Below, in pieces: positions 29,115-37,916 of a DNA stretch of 64,000 nucleotides (position 1 is its first letter; each line of letters begins with the position of its first letter). The translations under genes were made by a program, and so were the position numbers. The stretch spans positions 33,563 through 97,562 of the forward strand of contig JAKAUI010000045.1 of the NCBI GenBank assembly GCA_021827745.1, read 5' to 3'. The notes under the pieces were generated by a model. It searched no databases, had not been told where the DNA came from, and saw nothing but the letters and a program-made list of their open reading frames with translations. This DNA comes from Bacillota bacterium. GTDB taxonomy: Bacteria > Bacillota > Sulfobacillia > JAJZYS01 > JAJZLH01.

Positions 29115-30043
29115 AAGCCCAGCACCGACAGGGGAGCGCGCACCGCTTCCACCGAGGCGTCGAAGGCCGCCTTCTCGTCAGGCTCAAGGCCGATCTCGAC
29201 CACCTCTTCGACGCCGCCTTTGCCGATCACAGCCGGCACGCCGACGTAGACGCCCCGATGGCCGTACTCGCCGTTCAGGTAGGCCACCACCGGAATGGTC
29301 CGGCGCTGATCGAGCAGCACGGCCTCCACCATCTCCGCCGTTGCCGCCGCCGGAGCGACGAAGGCCGATCCGTTCTTCAGCAGCTGCAGGACCTCTCCGC
29401 CGCCGCCCCTAGTGCGGGCGACGATCCGGTCGATCGCCTCCTGGCTGAGATGCCGCTCGACCGGCTCGCCACCGACCGTGGAATAGCGGACCAAAGGCAC
29501 CATCTGATCACCGTGGCCGCCCATCACGAAGCCGAACACATCTTTGGCCGAAACGCCCAGTTCCCAGGCCAGAAAGGTCCGAAAGCGGGCCGAGTCCAAT
29601 CCGCCGGCCATGCCGAAGACCCGCTGATGGGAGAGCCCGGAGGCGCGGTGGGCGACGAAGGTCATGACGTCGACCGGGTTGGTGACCACGATCACGACGG
29701 CCTCCGGCGAGGCGGCCACCGCCCGGGACACCACGTCTGAAATGACGTCGTTGTTCACCTTCAAGAGATCGTCGCGGGTCATGCCGGGCCGGCGCGGCGA
29801 CCCGGCCGTCACCACCAGGACATCCGAGCCAGCCGTCGGGGCGAAGTCGTTGGTGCCGGTCACAGACACGGTGTGCCCGAAGATCGGTGCCGACTCTGCC
29901 AGGTCCAGCGCCTTGCCCTGCGGCCAGCCCTCCACCACGTCGAAGAGGACCAGGTCGCACAGGTTTCGGGCCATCAGCCACATGGCGGTGGTGGCTCCCA
30001 CGTTTCCGCTTCCGACCAGGGTCACCTTCGGTCGCTTGGTCAC
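29111..30043 (-). CDS. mdh: Malate dehydrogenase (LDH-like)
   Basis: 310 aa with an NAD-binding N-terminus (VTLVGSGNVG) and an LDH/MDH catalytic region, starting on GTG. Confidence 0.9.
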   Translation of the reverse strand: MTKRPKVTLVGSGNVGATTAMWLMARNLCDLVLFDVVEGWPQGKALDLAESAPIFGHTVSVTGTNDFAPTAGSDVLVVTAGSPRRPGMTRDDLLKVNNDVISDVVSRAVAASPEAVVIVVTNPVDVMTFVAHRASGLSHQRVFGMAGGLDSARFRTFLAWELGVSAKDVFGFVMGGHGDQMVPLVRYSTVGGEPVERHLSQEAIDRIVARTRGGGGEVLQLLKNGSAFVAPAAATAEMVEAVLLDQRRTIPVVAYLNGEYGHRGVYVGVPAVIGKGGVEEVVEIGLEPDEKAAFDASVEAVRAPLSVLGF

Positions 30044-30044
30044 C

Positions 30045-31286
30045 TCAGCTCACTCCCTTGTTCTGCATGCGGGACATCATCGACCGGGCGAACTCGGAGG
30101 TGGACACCTTGGTCGCTCCCGGCCGCACCAGGTCGTAGGTGACGATGCCATCGGCGATCGACTGGGCCAGGGCGCCCTCCAGCAACTTGGCCGCCTCGGT
30201 CCAGCCCATCGCCTCCAGCATCATCGCCGCCGACAGCATCAGGCTGCCGGGGTTGGCCTCGTCCTTTCCGGCATGGCGCGGGGCCGTGCCATGGGTGGCC
30301 TCGAAGACCGCTGCCTGATCCGATAAATTGGCGCCTGGCGCCAGGCCGATGCCGCCCACCTCGGCGGCGATGGCGTCCGACAGATAGTCGCCGTTCAGGT
30401 TGGTGGTGGCGATCACGTCGTAGGCGCCCGGGTGCAGCAGCACCTGCTGGAACATGTTGTCGGCGATCCGGTCCTTGATCACGACCAGCCCTTCGGGCGG
30501 CGGGCCGCTCAGATCCTGCTCCAAGACGACCTGGCCCTTGAACTCGGACGCCACCTCGTATCCCCAGTCCCGAAAGGCGCCCTCAGTGAACTTCTGGATG
30601 TTTCCCTTGTGCACCAGGGTCACAGAACGGCGGTGCGCCTCTATCGCGTAGGTGATCGCTCGCCGCACCAGACGCTTGGAGGCACCCGGGCTGATCGGCT
30701 TGATGCCGATGCCGGATAAAGGATCGATGCTGACCCCAAGCCGCTCTTTCAAGGTTGCGACCAAGAGGGCGGCCTCGGCCGATCCAGAGGGCCACTCGAT
30801 ACCGGCGTACACGTCTTCCGTGTTCTCGCGGTAGATGACCATGTCGACCTGCTCCGGGTGCTGCAGCGGGCTCGAGACACCTGGGTAGTAGCGGACGGGG
30901 CGGACACAGGCGTAGAGATCGAGTTCCTGGCGAAGCGCCACATTCAAGGAGCGGATGCCGCCGCCGACCGGTGTCGTGAGCGGCCCCTTGATCCCAACCT
31001 TGACCTGGCGCAGGGTGTCCAGCGTGGCCGGTGGCAGGTAGCTCCCGGTACGCTCCTTGGCCTTTTCACCGGCCAGGACCTCGACCCAGACGATCTTCCG
31101 GCGCCCTTCGTAGGCGCGCTCGACCGCAGCTTCGGTCACTGCCTTGGTGGCCGGCCAGATGTCTCGTCCGATGCCGTCGCCTTCGATGAAGGCGATCAGC
31201 GGGTGATCGGGCGTGCGCATCTTGCCGGAACCGAACTCGACCAGATCGCCGCCGCCTGGGAGCGTCTCACTCATCACGGATCCCAT
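30045..31286 (-). CDS. icd: Isocitrate dehydrogenase (NADP-dependent)
   Basis: 413 aa of the prokaryotic homodimeric IDH type ([23 protein letters not shown]). Confidence 0.9.
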   Translation of the reverse strand: MGSVMSETLPGGGDLVEFGSGKMRTPDHPLIAFIEGDGIGRDIWPATKAVTEAAVERAYEGRRKIVWVEVLAGEKAKERTGSYLPPATLDTLRQVKVGIKGPLTTPVGGGIRSLNVALRQELDLYACVRPVRYYPGVSSPLQHPEQVDMVIYRENTEDVYAGIEWPSGSAEAALLVATLKERLGVSIDPLSGIGIKPISPGASKRLVRRAITYAIEAHRRSVTLVHKGNIQKFTEGAFRDWGYEVASEFKGQVVLEQDLSGPPPEGLVVIKDRIADNMFQQVLLHPGAYDVIATTNLNGDYLSDAIAAEVGGIGLAPGANLSDQAAVFEATHGTAPRHAGKDEANPGSLMLSAAMMLEAMGWTEAAKLLEGALAQSIADGIVTYDLVRPGATKVSTSEFARSMMSRMQNKGVS

Positions 31287-31368
31287 CCTTCTTGGTCATG
31301 GCGGCGAGCGCCATTTGCTCCAGCGCTGATTGGAGGGGGGTCGGTGCGTCCGAAGGCGGGCGGTTGGG

Positions 31369-32859
31369 TCAGAGCTTGATGCTGGGCGTTCCGCTCGGAG
31401 CCACGACGAGCTTGGCCCACATACCGAGCTGGATGTGTCCGGGCACCAGACAGGCGATCACGTAGTTGCCGGCGGTTGTGGCCTTGAAGGTGAAACTGGA
31501 CTTGGCCCCCGGCGCGTCGCCGAGCACCGGGTTCGGCGTTTCGTCTGTGGCTGCAAGCGCCGTGCTCGAGGTCTGCGACGCCGTGATCGCCGCCGAGTGG
31601 TTCAGGCTGCCGTCGTTGGTGAACGCCACATCCAGGGTCCAGCCCTGGGGAATGGTCACCACCATCGCCCCGTTTGCAGCCCCGTTGAAGTTGAACCCTC
31701 CGTTGGTGGTGCCGTAGCCGCCGAGCAGGGTGAGGGTGGCCGTCTTGGTGGCCGCGTTGGTGGAAAGGTAGCTGCTGGCCGCCTGCACCGGTGCGGCGAC
31801 CCCCTGGTTGACGGCCCCCAGATAGGTCAGAACGACGATCGCCGCCACCACGATGCCGCCGGAGTAGACGTAGCCCTTGCGCTCAGATGGCTTGCGGTCG
31901 GGGATCTTGTCGATGAAGGGCAAGAGCACGAGCATCAGGATGCCGATCGTCGGCAGCCCGATGATGCCGAAGGCGTCCAAGGCCGGCGGGATGTACTTCA
32001 AGAGCTGGTAGATGGAGAAGAAGAACCAGAGCGGAATCGGCACGTAGTGGGCCTTGTTCAAGGGGTCGGCGATGGCCAGGAGCGGGGCGTGGAAATTGAT
32101 CGAGAAGTAGAGCAGAGCGGCCGAAAGGATGACCAGGAACATGGTCATCTGAAACACGGTGGTCGGGAAGAAGGTGACGAGCCCCCGCTGCTTCTCCTTG
32201 GGCAGCTTCTCGGCCTCTTCCACCATGGTCAGTTGCTTGCTGAGCACCATGTAGAAGTGAAGCCCGAAGACGAGCAGGAAGAGCGCTGGCAGAACGAGCA
32301 CGTGGATGGCGTAGAAGCGGGTGAGCGTGACCCCGGTGATGTAGGGGCCGCCGCGCATCAGGAGCACGATGTAATAGCCGATCACCGGCATGTAAAAGGG
32401 CATCCAGGTGCCGACCATCGTCGCCCAGTAGGACTGCTGGTCCCAGGGCAAGAGATAGCCGGTGAACGAGAACAAGATGGTGATCAGGAGCAGTCCGACG
32501 CCAGACAGCCAGACCAGTTCCCTAGGCTTGCGGTAGGCGCCGATGTAGTAGCCGCGCAGCATGTGCAGGAAGACCAAGACCACCATGAAGTTGGCGCCCC
32601 AGTAATGCAGGTCCCTGATCAGCCACCCCAGCGGCACCGTGTGCATGATCCGCTGTACGCTCTGGTAGGCGCCGGTGACCGAGGCGTTGTACCAGGTGGC
32701 CAGGATGATGCCTGTGACCACCTGGTTGATGAACACGAAGAGCGTCCCCAGGCCCAGAAAGTCGAGCGGGCTAACTCGGCGCGGCACCCGGTGGTAGAGC
32801 TGAAGATTGATGAACGACCGGATTCCCATCCGGTCGATCACCCAGTTGGCGGGCTTCAA
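31369..32859 (-). CDS. qcrB: Menaquinol-oxidoreductase subunit: cytochrome b6 + subunit IV + C-terminal cupredoxin fusion
   Basis: Two bis-His heme-b helices (HYWGANFMVVLVFLH, HVLVLPALFLLVFGLH), a subunit-IV-like region (PIPLWFFFSIYQLL), and a C-terminal ~150-aa domain with type-1 Cu ligands (...NH..., CLVPGHIQLGM). There is no CxxCH. The likely start is a TTG at 32859 overlapping the qcrA TGA. Confidence 0.8.
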   Translation of the reverse strand: MKPANWVIDRMGIRSFINLQLYHRVPRRVSPLDFLGLGTLFVFINQVVTGIILATWYNASVTGAYQSVQRIMHTVPLGWLIRDLHYWGANFMVVLVFLHMLRGYYIGAYRKPRELVWLSGVGLLLITILFSFTGYLLPWDQQSYWATMVGTWMPFYMPVIGYYIVLLMRGGPYITGVTLTRFYAIHVLVLPALFLLVFGLHFYMVLSKQLTMVEEAEKLPKEKQRGLVTFFPTTVFQMTMFLVILSAALLYFSINFHAPLLAIADPLNKAHYVPIPLWFFFSIYQLLKYIPPALDAFGIIGLPTIGILMLVLLPFIDKIPDRKPSERKGYVYSGGIVVAAIVVLTYLGAVNQGVAAPVQAASSYLSTNAATKTATLTLLGGYGTTNGGFNFNGAANGAMVVTIPQGWTLDVAFTNDGSLNHSAAITASQTSSTALAATDETPNPVLGDAPGAKSSFTFKATTAGNYVIACLVPGHIQLGMWAKLVVAPSGTPSIKL

Positions 32860-33392
32860 TCGATCTGCCCCCCGATGTATACGTTGCCGTTCGCGATCTT
32901 GACCACATGCGGCCACAGGCCCCTAGGCGCCGGCCCTGCGATGTGCTGGCCGTTGGCGTTGTACACAGAGCCGTGGCACGGGCACTGGAACTCCTTCAAG
33001 CTTGAGTTCCACTGCACCGGACACTGCAGATGGGCGCAGTGAAAGTCGAAGGCCTGGATCACGCCAGGCGACTTCTGCCGGACGTAGACACCGTCCGGAA
33101 AGCCGGCGCCCGTGTAGTCGATCAGGGTGTAGTTGTTCGTGAACTTGTTGATCGGTCCGATGTTCTGGAGCTTGCCCAGGGGTCCGCTGGCTGGGAACAG
33201 ATTCTTCAGCGCCAGTCCGAGATAGCCGACGCCGAACAGGCCCATGGCGCCGATCAGGCTGTTTCTCAAGAACTTGCGACGGCCGAGCTCCCGCTCTGCC
33301 CGCCCATCGGCGATGCAGTCGGCACAGACCTCCCCATCGCCGTCCACCGGATTCCCACAGATGCTGCAGCGCAACCTTGTGTCCACCGTCAT
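32856..33392 (-). CDS. qcrA: Rieske [2Fe-2S] protein with N-terminal zinc-ribbon
   Basis: 178 aa with Rieske boxes CAHLQC and CPCHGS, an RRKFL twin-arginine/TM anchor, and an N-terminal CSIC...CADC motif. Confidence 0.85.
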   Translation of the reverse strand: MTVDTRLRCSICGNPVDGDGEVCADCIADGRAERELGRRKFLRNSLIGAMGLFGVGYLGLALKNLFPASGPLGKLQNIGPINKFTNNYTLIDYTGAGFPDGVYVRQKSPGVIQAFDFHCAHLQCPVQWNSSLKEFQCPCHGSVYNANGQHIAGPAPRGLWPHVVKIANGNVYIGGQID

Positions 33393-33460
33393 CGCGCGAT
33401 CCCCCCAAGTCTTGGCAAGATACGCCCTGTGTTGGAACCTGGCCGGTTTAAAGCATCCCG

Positions 33461-33489
33461 ATTGTAGCCTGCGCTCCCAGGTGCGTCAA
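33461..33489 (-). promoter_or_regulatory. Sigma-A-type promoter candidate for qcrA-qcrB
   Basis: TTGACG, a 17-nt spacer, then TACAAT on the minus strand, about 70 nt upstream of the qcrA ATG. A GGGGGG RBS precedes the start. Confidence 0.45.
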
Positions 33490-33567
33490 CCGCGTGGCAA
33501 TGCCCAAAAACCGCTGTGCGTCTGTCTTTCGACGTTCTCAAGAAATCTTTCACAACGTCCTTCCGGC

Positions 33568-34653
33568 TCAGGACACGGCCGTCTCGACCTGCCAAGGGGC
33601 CTCATCCACCGCCTTGGCGAGCAGGCCGAAGACGGCGGCGGACTCGCTCTTGGGATGCGTAAAGACGATCGGCTGACCCAAGTCTCCGCCCTCGGAGATC
33701 GCTGCCTCTACCGGAACCTTGCCCAAGAGCGGCGCCCCCAGCGCCGCCGCCAGCTCCTGGCCTCCCTCGCCGCTGAACAGGCGGGTCGGCTCGCCGCAGG
33801 AGGGACAGCGCAGGTAGGACATGTTCTCGACGACGCCGAGCACGCGCTGGCCCACCTTCTTCGCCATCTCGCCGACCCGCACCGCCACCTTGGACGCCGC
33901 CACCTGCGGCGTGGTGACCAAGAGCACCTGCCCCTGGTGCAGCCGCTGGGCGAGCGTGATGGCAACGTCCCCGGTGCCCGGCGGCGAGTCCACGACCAGA
34001 TAGTCGAGGTCGCCCCACATCACGTCGCCCATGAACTGCTCCAGAAGCTTCGTCAGCATCGGACCCCGCCACATCACGGGCGTACCCTCGTCAACCAGCA
34101 TGCCCATCGAGATCACCTGGACCCCCAGCGACTCCACCGGCAGGATCATGTCGTCGGAGAGCACCACCGGTCTGCGGTCGACGCCGATCATGCGCGGCAC
34201 CGAAAAGCCGTAGATGTCGGCGTCCAACACGCCAACGGCTCGCCCCAGCTGGGCCAGCGCCACGGCCAGATTGACCGCCACGGTCGACTTGCCGACGCCG
34301 CCCTTGCCGGATCCGACGATCAGCACCCGAACCCTAGAGCCTTCCTTCGTCACCGATGAGTGGCGGACGGGGCGGAGCTCCTGGGTCAGCTTCTGACGCT
34401 CCTCTGGCGTCATCACAGAGGTGACGACCGCCACATCGGCGATGCCTTGGACGCCTGCCATGGCCTTTGTCACGTCGCCCTCGATCCGGCCCTTGAGCGG
34501 GCAGCCGGCCGTCGTCAGCTTGACCGCCACCGTCACCTTCTGGCCGTTGACCTGGACGGATTCCACCATGCCGAGCTCGGTCAGCGGCCGGTGCAGCTCC
34601 GGGTCTGTGACCTCGGCGAGCCGCCGCCAGATCTCCTGCTCTTGGTCGGTCAT
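33568..34653 (-). CDS. apbC: Fe-S cluster carrier ATPase Mrp/ApbC (with N-terminal DUF59)
   Basis: 361 aa with the Walker A GKGGVGKST, the C-terminal CPSCGE motif and an N-terminal MIP18/DUF59 region. Confidence 0.85.
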   Translation of the reverse strand: MTDQEQEIWRRLAEVTDPELHRPLTELGMVESVQVNGQKVTVAVKLTTAGCPLKGRIEGDVTKAMAGVQGIADVAVVTSVMTPEERQKLTQELRPVRHSSVTKEGSRVRVLIVGSGKGGVGKSTVAVNLAVALAQLGRAVGVLDADIYGFSVPRMIGVDRRPVVLSDDMILPVESLGVQVISMGMLVDEGTPVMWRGPMLTKLLEQFMGDVMWGDLDYLVVDSPPGTGDVAITLAQRLHQGQVLLVTTPQVAASKVAVRVGEMAKKVGQRVLGVVENMSYLRCPSCGEPTRLFSGEGGQELAAALGAPLLGKVPVEAAISEGGDLGQPIVFTHPKSESAAVFGLLAKAVDEAPWQVETAVS

Positions 34654-35258
34654 GAACTCCGTCTCCTTCCAGGGCCCGTGCTTCGGTTCGGTGTCAGCAT
34701 ACCGCCGGACAAGAGCATTTTCATCGCCTGCTCGACCGTCATGTCGGCCGGCTGCAGGTCATCTGGCGCATAAAAGAGCAGCACGCCGCCGGTCGGGGGG
34801 GCAAAGGGGATAAAGACGCCGACCCGGCCGGCGACCACCTCGTCGCTGACCACGAAGCCGACCACCAGGGATGCCGGACCAGGGTAGGGAGCGAGCACCA
34901 CGGCCCGAAACGCGCTGTTGGCATCGGGATCGAACAGGACCTTCAGCACCTGCTTCGATCCCTCGTACACCACCCGGATCACCGGCACCCGGCTCAGCAC
35001 CAATTCCACGAGCCGCACCAGCTGCTGGCCCATGATATTGCTGACCAGAAGACCGAACAGCGTGATCACGATCAGAGTCAGGATCAGGCCAAGGCCGGGG
35101 AAGCGGATGCCAGCTGGCAAGAGCAGACCCAGTCCGTCGAAGAAGACCAGGACCTTGTCGGCGACGTAGAGCGCCAGGGCCACCGGCAAAATGGCCGCCA
35201 GGCCGGTCAGAAAGTAGTGCCTGATCTGGCGCCAGACATGGCGGCTGTGGTCTTGCAT
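34650..35258 (-). CDS. DUF502-family membrane protein
   Basis: 202 aa with an N-terminus (RQIRHYFLTGLAAILPVALALYV) typical of COG2928/DUF502. Confidence 0.6.
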   Translation of the reverse strand: MQDHSRHVWRQIRHYFLTGLAAILPVALALYVADKVLVFFDGLGLLLPAGIRFPGLGLILTLIVITLFGLLVSNIMGQQLVRLVELVLSRVPVIRVVYEGSKQVLKVLFDPDANSAFRAVVLAPYPGPASLVVGFVVSDEVVAGRVGVFIPFAPPTGGVLLFYAPDDLQPADMTVEQAMKMLLSGGMLTPNRSTGPGRRRSS

Positions 35259-35310
35259 GGTCTACCCCTCGCTCGACTGATCGGTACGCAGATCGCGGTG
35301 CTGTGCCTGG

Positions 35311-35406
35311 TGGCGGGAGCAGGTAGGAATCGAACCTACCGCGGACGCGACGCGCCCGCCATTGGATTTGAAGTCCAAGGGGGACACCAGCCCCACCTCT
35401 GCCCCC
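35311..35406 (-). tRNA. selC: tRNA-Sec (selC), anticodon UCA
   Basis: 96 nt with an 8-bp acceptor stem (GGGGGCAG/CTGCTCCC), anticodon arm TTGGA-CTTCAAA-TCCAA matching the E. coli selC loop, a long GC-rich variable arm, T-arm GGTAGG-TTCGATT-CCTACC, discriminator G and an encoded CCA. Confidence 0.85.
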
Positions 35407-35467
35407 ACATCGACGGGTCTCCACCAACGCCAGCCTAGTTTAGCAGACACGCTGACCCTCATCTGCG

Positions 35468-36229
35468 TCATTCCTCGGCAGGAGGCTCTTCGTCTGAGTC
35501 CTCGGGCGGCTCGTTCCGTCGCCTCTGGCGCTCGGCCAGCGCCGAGAGCCACACTCCGACCTCGTATAGGACCAGCATCGGACTCGCCAGCACCAGCATC
35601 GACATCAGGTCCGGCGGCGCAAAGGCGGCGGCCAGCACAAAGATGATGAAGATGGCCATCCGCCGCTTCTGGCGAAGCCAGTGCGCAGAGATCAGGCCCA
35701 GCCGGGTCAGCGCCATCACGACCAACGGGAATTCGAAGACGATGGCCAGGGGGAGCATCAGGCCAATGATGAAATCGACGTAACTGCTGTAGGTGATCAT
35801 CGGGTGCACGACCGGTCCCGTGAAAGAAAACAGGAAGCGAAAGACGACCGGCGCAAACACGAAGAAGGCGAAGGCGGCCCCGGCCCAGAGCAGAAAGAGC
35901 GCAGCCGGAGCATAGGAAATGACCAGGTGGCGCTCTTCTCGGGTCAGCCCGGGCCAGACGAAGGCGGCCACCTCATAGATCAGAAGCGGCGAGGTTACGA
36001 TCAGGGCCGCCACCAAAGAGGCCTGAATGTAGGTGAAAAAGAGCTCCGAGGGACTGATGAAGATGAGTTCCTTGATCCGACCGCCGGTGGCCAGGAGCAG
36101 AAACTGGGTCAGGCCGGTGGCATGAAAGAAGAACCAGACCGCCACCGGCAGAAACACGACCAGATACGTGATGATGCGGTTGCGCAGCTCTCCCAGATGC
36201 CCTTCCAGCTGCAGCAGCGGCCGGCTCAT
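35468..36229 (-). CDS. tatC: Sec-independent protein translocase TatC
   Basis: 253 aa with 6 TMS and TatC-family conserved segments, plus an acidic C-terminal tail. Confidence 0.9.
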   Translation of the reverse strand: MSRPLLQLEGHLGELRNRIITYLVVFLPVAVWFFFHATGLTQFLLLATGGRIKELIFISPSELFFTYIQASLVAALIVTSPLLIYEVAAFVWPGLTREERHLVISYAPAALFLLWAGAAFAFFVFAPVVFRFLFSFTGPVVHPMITYSSYVDFIIGLMLPLAIVFEFPLVVMALTRLGLISAHWLRQKRRMAIFIIFVLAAAFAPPDLMSMLVLASPMLVLYEVGVWLSALAERQRRRNEPPEDSDEEPPAEE

Positions 36230-36690
36230 CGGCCGTCAGGCCCGGCCAGAAGCGGCTGGATCACCTGTCGATAGACGACCCGGGCATCGCGCTCAGCGAT
36301 CTGGAGGCAGCCCGGAGGCGCCGCGCCGGCCACCACCGCCAAGAGACCAGGCAAGTCAGGCGGACAGCCTGGGCCGACCCAGACCTTGGGGCCGGGATAC
36401 TCCTTGATGCCCTCCACCAGCACGAGGCGCGTCGATGGAGGGAGGCGGCGTCTGGCGTCGTCCAGACTCGGGGCTCGCGCCATCTCCAGCACGCCGTCTT
36501 GGGCCAAGAGAACGGTCGGCGTCCCGGTCGCAAACAGTCGGGCCGAATCCTTGCGCTCCGGGCTCAGCCCGCCATGGTGGTGCTTGATGGCGGCGACCTG
36601 CACCCGATCTCGCTGCAAGAGTGCGATCAGGCCGAGGATCAAGGTGGTCTTGCCGGAACCGGACGGACCGACCACGTGCAGTTCGGTCAT
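36226..36690 (-). CDS. mobB: Molybdopterin-guanine dinucleotide biosynthesis adapter MobB
   Basis: From the internal Met (MTELHVVGPSGSGKTTL), a P-loop protein of about 154 aa. The track ORF is over-extended. The ATG overlaps the moeA stop (ATGA). Confidence 0.8.
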   Translation of the reverse strand: MTELHVVGPSGSGKTTLILGLIALLQRDRVQVAAIKHHHGGLSPERKDSARLFATGTPTVLLAQDGVLEMARAPSLDDARRRLPPSTRLVLVEGIKEYPGPKVWVGPGCPPDLPGLLAVVAGAAPPGCLQIAERDARVVYRQVIQPLLAGPDGR

Positions 36691-37916
36691 CGGCCGCCCC
36701 AGTGTGCGATCCACACCGGAACAACTGACCCGGCCCGGATCCGGCCTTGACCCGGTTCCGAGCGCACCCAGGCATCTAGCTGGCGCAGGGCGGAAACGGC
36801 TCCCGATCCGCCGTATGACGCCGGGCGCACCTCCAGCCGTCCGTCGTCCAGGCCGAGCTCGGCCGGCCAAAATCTCGGCACCTTGCCCCGATTCGGCGGC
36901 AGCGCTGCTTTGAGATACGCCTGCGCCGATCTGGCCTCGCAGCCACGGCCCTCCATCGCCGCCAGCAGCGGCCGCACCAGTCGGTCAAAGCCAAGGGCGG
37001 TGGCGAGAGGGTTTCCGGGCAGGGCAATCCAGAGGGCGTGTCCGCCAGAAAACGCCTGCAACGGCTGCCCTGGACGCATCAAGAGGCCGTCGACCAGGGT
37101 GCGCCGGCCAAGGCGCGCGGACACCCGACGCACGAAGTCGCGCGGTCCCTTTGAGGCCCCACCGGTGGTGAGCAATAGATCGCACAGCGAGTCCAGCCTG
37201 CGCACCTCCGCCTCAAAGCGGGCCTCGTCGTCGCCGAGGGTCAGGCTGATCACCTCACATCCCAGGGCCACCAGCTGCTGAGCCATCCAGGGGCCGTTGG
37301 TGTTGCGGACCATCCCGGGACCAAACGCGCCCTCTTCCACCAACTCGGAGCCGACCGACAAGACGGCAACCGTCACTGGCCGCCGGACGCTGACCTCGCT
37401 TACCCCGGTGGCGCGCAAGAGCGCCAGCTGGCCGGGCCCCAGTCGCTCGCCGCGGCCAAGGATGCTCGCTCCCTTGCGCACCTCTTCGCCGACGTGCCGC
37501 ACATTGTCCCCTGGCCTGGGCCAGTGGCGAAGCACGACCATCTGCCCCTCCACCGTCACCTCTTCCTGCCAGGCCACACCTGCGTCGGCGGGCACCACGG
37601 CTCCGGTGGCCACAAACAGGGCCTGGCCGGGGCCCAGGGTCGGCGCCGGACCGTCGCCAGCGTACAGCCGGCCGATCAGCGCACAGCTCTGACGGCTTTC
37701 TCCGACGACGGCAAAACCGTCGACGGCCGAGGTCTCAAAGGCGGGCAGAGGGTTTAGAGCCCGCATGCCCTGCGCGGCCACCCGTCCCAGAGCCTGGTCC
37801 AGGCCGATCCGCTCCACGCCCTGCCTCGGGGCGTGACTGGCCAGGATCTCTTCGGCTTGCTCCGGGCTCAGCCGTTCCATCGCCACGGACTTGCACCTTC
37901 CGCCTGCGCCATCCAT
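36687..37916 (-). CDS. moeA: Molybdopterin molybdenumtransferase MoeA
   Basis: About 400 aa with MoeA N-terminal, MoCF-binding and C-terminal regions. The start is probably the internal Met (MERLSPEQAEEIL) near 37880. Confidence 0.85.
   Translation of the reverse strand: MDGAGGRCKSVAMERLSPEQAEEILASHAPRQGVERIGLDQALGRVAAQGMRALNPLPAFETSAVDGFAVVGESRQSCALIGRLYAGDGPAPTLGPGQALFVATGAVVPADAGVAWQEEVTVEGQMVVLRHWPRPGDNVRHVGEEVRKGASILGRGERLGPGQLALLRATGVSEVSVRRPVTVAVLSVGSELVEEGAFGPGMVRNTNGPWMAQQLVALGCEVISLTLGDDEARFEAEVRRLDSLCDLLLTTGGASKGPRDFVRRVSARLGRRTLVDGLLMRPGQPLQAFSGGHALWIALPGNPLATALGFDRLVRPLLAAMEGRGCEARSAQAYLKAALPPNRGKVPRFWPAELGLDDGRLEVRPASYGGSGAVSALRQLDAWVRSEPGQGRIRAGSVVPVWIAHWGGR

Noticed and set aside
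35308-35313. Tandem CCACCA at the 3' end of tRNA-Sec.
   Set aside because: The first CCA directly follows discriminator G and is the encoded 3' end. The second CCA is just downstream sequence, with no evidence for anything more.
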